From Minisyncoccota bacterium (GTDB lineage: Bacteria; Patescibacteriota; Minisyncoccia; Phycocordibacterales; CAJBRS01): a stretch of DNA of 64,000 bases. Under the pieces are notes generated by a model. It was given only the letters and a program-made list of their open reading frames with translations. It was not told where the DNA came from and made no database searches. The position numbers were made by a program, and so were the translations under genes. The DNA is taken from the NCBI GenBank assembly GCA_017881075.1, contig JADGRH010000003.1, forward strand, positions 64,682 through 128,681, given 5' to 3'. Shown here piece by piece: positions 61,432 to 64,000 of the stretch; position 1 is the first letter of the stretch; every line of letters begins with the position of its first letter.

Positions 61432-62556
61432 CTACGCGTGCTCTACAAACGAGAGAGCCATCTTTTGCTCTTTGGCATCAAAGAGAGTGATGCGGAAGGT
61501 GTAGCTTTTGCCGAGCTCCAGTTTTTGTCGGAGTTTTTCTTCACTACCGAATTCGGAGATATGAACGAGGCCGGCGACACCCTCTTCAATGGAAGCAAGA
61601 GCACCATGCTTATTGAACTTAATAATAACAGCTTGAACAACGTCATCTTTTTTATATTTTTTCTCCGCCTCTTTCCATGGATTTTCTTTCAAAGCCTTAA
61701 TGGAGAGAGAAATCTTGCCGTCCTTAATCTCAATAATCTTTACCTTCACTTTATCACCAACGCTGAAAAGGGTTCGCGGATCGTCTATCAACGACCAGTC
61801 AATTTCAGAGATGTGAACCAATCCTTCCAATCCTTCCTCAACTCTGACGAAGACGCCGAAGTCCACCATACCTGTTACTTCGCCTTCCATTTCATCACCG
61901 ACGGTATATTTGCCGATGATTTTTTCTTTATCTTTCAATTCCGGATTCTTTTCGGAGAAAATAAGTTTGCCCTCTTTTGGCAGAGCGGAGATAACGGCAA
62001 CGGAAATTTTCTGGCCAATTAATTTTTTTAGCTCTTCTAAAATCTTGTCCTTGTCGCCATCCATTACCCGAGGGTAATGCTCAGTCTTTAATTGTGAAGC
62101 TGGCAAGAATCCCTGGAGGCCCTGCCAGGTCAAAATAAGCCCACCTTTGTTTGCTTCAATTACAAGAAGATCCAAAATGCGTTTATCGCGAATAGCTGAT
62201 TCCGCCTCGCTCCAAATGAGGGCCTGTTTTGCTTCCTTCAGAGAGAGTTCCAGATATCCTTCAACATTTTCCAAGTCAACAACCTTGGCCGCCACTCGGT
62301 CGCCAATGTTTATTCTCTTAATGATGTCTCGGGCGTTGATGTATTCCTTGCCGTAGATGATACCGGTACCATATGGAGGCAGATCAACAAAAACACCGCT
62401 TTTATCAATAGCGATAACAGGACCTTCCACAAGGTCTCCGACACTTGGAGGAGTGACGGAATCATTGAGGAATTTCCCCATAGCGTTTTCTTTTTTTGGT
62501 TTAGCCTCTTTTTCCTGTTTTTCTACTTCAGCTTGGGCTGTAATTGTTTTTGGCAT
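61432..62556 (-). CDS. rpsA: 30S ribosomal protein S1 (four S1 domains)
   Basis: repeated S1/OB motifs: GD.V.G.V..I...G.FV.L..G..GL.HISE. Confidence 0.75.
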   Translation of the reverse strand: MPKTITAQAEVEKQEKEAKPKKENAMGKFLNDSVTPPSVGDLVEGPVIAIDKSGVFVDLPPYGTGIIYGKEYINARDIIKRINIGDRVAAKVVDLENVEGYLELSLKEAKQALIWSEAESAIRDKRILDLLVIEANKGGLILTWQGLQGFLPASQLKTEHYPRVMDGDKDKILEELKKLIGQKISVAVISALPKEGKLIFSEKNPELKDKEKIIGKYTVGDEMEGEVTGMVDFGVFVRVEEGLEGLVHISEIDWSLIDDPRTLFSVGDKVKVKIIEIKDGKISLSIKALKENPWKEAEKKYKKDDVVQAVIIKFNKHGALASIEEGVAGLVHISEFGSEEKLRQKLELGKSYTFRITLFDAKEQKMALSFVEHA

Positions 62557-62808
62557 ATTAATTTTTGTACAAAAAATATCCCCGCGTTTCGCCTGAAAAT
62601 CTATCGTGACAAGGGCGAGATTACGCTACAGGGGTTTGGTTGGTAATAAGATGAGTATATAGGAGAAAAGGGATTTGTAAACACACATAGGCCGCAACAT
62701 ACTCGATATCAGCCTAACTATGGTTCCAATCCTTGACCCCCAGCTAGACAATTTTCCTTTCTATGATAGTAGAAAATACCCGACATCGGATATCGGGTTC
62801 GAGCGAAG

Positions 62809-62998
62809 CCAAAAGACTCTTGCGAAACCCACGCAGGAGCTTAGAAAATTAAGAGGCAAAAAGCTTCAGAACGGAGGAGACTGTTTGAGCGAAGCGAGTT
62901 TGACGGAGTAGGAGCTTTTTGACTCTATAATTTTCTTGAGCGACGAGTTAAGCAAAAACTCACCAGAGTTTTATGCGGGTTCCGCAAGAGTCTTTTGG
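62809..62998. repeat. imperfect 28-bp (perfect 16-bp core CCAAAAGACTCTTGCG) inverted repeat pair flanking ~160 bp
   Basis: CCAAAAGACTCTTGCG at 62809..62824 and its exact revcomp at 62983..62998; triplicated TGAGCGA[A/C]G words inside. Confidence 0.55.
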
Positions 62999-63021
62999 CA
63001 GAGCTATGTTATAATCCCGCC

Positions 63022-63627
63022 ATGGTAATCACATATCACGGACTGGAATTTTTTAAATTACAGCTAGGGGACTTAACAATTGCCCTAAATCCTCCATCAA
63101 AGGAGTCTAAATTCAAGGCGCCAAGATTCGGTGCTGATATTGTTCTTATTTCAATGAATAATCCCGATATGAACGGAGCCGAGCAGATGTCTCATGGCGA
63201 CCGCCAACCTTTTGTCATCTCCGGCCCGGGCGAATACGAAGTAAAAGAAATATTTATTAAAGGTTTCCCCGATTCTGCAAATACTATTTACACCCTATCT
63301 CTTGATGGAATGAATCTCTGTTTTCTCGGAGCGTTGTCGTCAAAAGAATTACCAAAAGAAACCGTGGAATCTTTAGACGACATCGATATATTATTTGTGC
63401 CGATCGGTGGCCACGGAGTGCTTGCCCCACCTGAGGCCTATAAACTGGCAGTCAGTTTGGAACCGAAAATTGTCATCCCTATGCATTATGTAGATGCCGA
63501 CAAAGCCCCACTGAAAGCCTTTCTCAAAGAGTCAGGGGAAGAAGTCAAAGCAATTGACAAGCTGACCATTAAGAAGAAAGATTTGGAAGGTAAGGAAGGA
63601 GATGTAATTATATTAAGTGCTGTCTAA
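63022..63627 (+). CDS. MBL-fold metal-dependent hydrolase (UPF0173-like)
   Basis: start trimmed to MVITYHG, 6 nt after TGTTATAAT; later His/Asp ligands. Confidence 0.5.
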   Translation: MVITYHGLEFFKLQLGDLTIALNPPSKESKFKAPRFGADIVLISMNNPDMNGAEQMSHGDRQPFVISGPGEYEVKEIFIKGFPDSANTIYTLSLDGMNLCFLGALSSKELPKETVESLDDIDILFVPIGGHGVLAPPEAYKLAVSLEPKIVIPMHYVDADKAPLKAFLKESGEEVKAIDKLTIKKKDLEGKEGDVIILSAV

Positions 63628-63629
63628 TC

Positions 63630-63917
63630 ATGTGGAATTTTATAGGTAAATTACAGAAGAAGCCCAAAGGCGAACGAAAGCGAATTGTATTTATGACTGC
63701 CAGTGGAATTACCTTAATAATTGCCGGCATCTGGTTTGTGTCATTTTATTTTAATGTACTTACCGTTAGGCAAACAAAAAAGACGGCCGAGACAAGTCCA
63801 ATTATGATTTTGAAAGCAAACCTCTCAAACGTCTATCAAAGCTTTTCTCAAACTGCTCCGACTACGACGAATTCAACCACCACCCTCACAAATTCCAGCA
63901 CCACCACTTCCCAATGA
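63630..63917 (+). CDS. small membrane protein with Thr-rich tail
   Basis: one TM helix plus low-complexity TTTNSTTT tail. Confidence 0.3.
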   Translation: MWNFIGKLQKKPKGERKRIVFMTASGITLIIAGIWFVSFYFNVLTVRQTKKTAETSPIMILKANLSNVYQSFSQTAPTTTNSTTTLTNSSTTTSQ

Positions 63918-64000
63918 AGCCTTTAAAACTGGCTGATTTTGTGTTAAAATTGCTAAATAATGGCTTCCAAACCTGATAAAAAAGACGGCTCGGCCGCATC

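Noticed and set aside
62720-62911. 63-aa ORF inside the inverted-repeat-bounded intergenic element
   Set aside because: It spans repeat words and has no start context or conservation signal, so it is probably non-coding.

Overview
This 64 kb window looks like chromosomal DNA from a small-genome, low-GC (roughly 40%) bacterium. The gene content is Patescibacteria/CPR-like, but that is inference from gene content only: short ValRS, lone lgPurL, type IV pilin, many tiny membrane proteins, and TGnTATAAT elements a few nt upstream of several start codons, suggesting leaderless mRNAs. Recognisable backbone genes are a PIF1-like helicase, a TrmB-like regulator, class I ribonucleotide reductase nrdA/nrdB, RNase P RNA, murJ, lepA, a type IV pilin, glutaredoxin, valS, tsaD, trxB, ftsZ/ftsA, ybeY, rpsU, a hisS-like gene, lepB, pth, pterin dehydratase, purL, a def-like gene and rpsA, plus seven tRNAs (Ser-GGA, Gly-CCC, Arg-CCT, Phe-GAA, Val-GAC, Ser-CGA, Glu-TTC). 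Three things stand out. (1) A GC-rich island (about 4.6-9.9 kb, roughly 52% GC by eye) holds three tandem cassettes. Each cassette is a conserved AATCCGGCC..GGCCGGATT hairpin terminator, then a paralogous CheY-like receiver-fold gene (one canonical, two with degenerate phospho-acceptor sites), then a variable cargo gene (LCM-type methyltransferase, deoxyhypusine-synthase-like, TspO). (2) An AT-rich island (about 10.4-17.7 kb) is dense in nuclease folds: a MazG-like NTP pyrophosphatase fused in operon with a PD-(D/E)xK + P-loop/DUF2075 nuclease-helicase, a tight four-gene operon (wHTH, two proteins sharing a C-terminal domain, a HEPN-like protein), then PD-(D/E)xK, GIY-YIG, a 47-aa acidic protein and an NYN ribonuclease. 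This is a candidate defence or novel-system locus. (3) A family of palindromic repeat elements recurs through the window. It includes two in-frame tandem-hairpin insertions in tsaD and a related GC-rich palindrome in lepA (analogous to Rickettsia RPEs), a 68-bp structured hairpin present twice, a 22-bp TIR pair sharing the terminator core, and several other long inverted repeats. There is also a PAS / ECF-sigma / PAS inverted-paralog module flanked by about 150 bp direct repeats, and a peptide-deformylase homolog whose catalytic Glu appears replaced by Lys. No CRISPR array, rRNA, integrase or transposase was seen.
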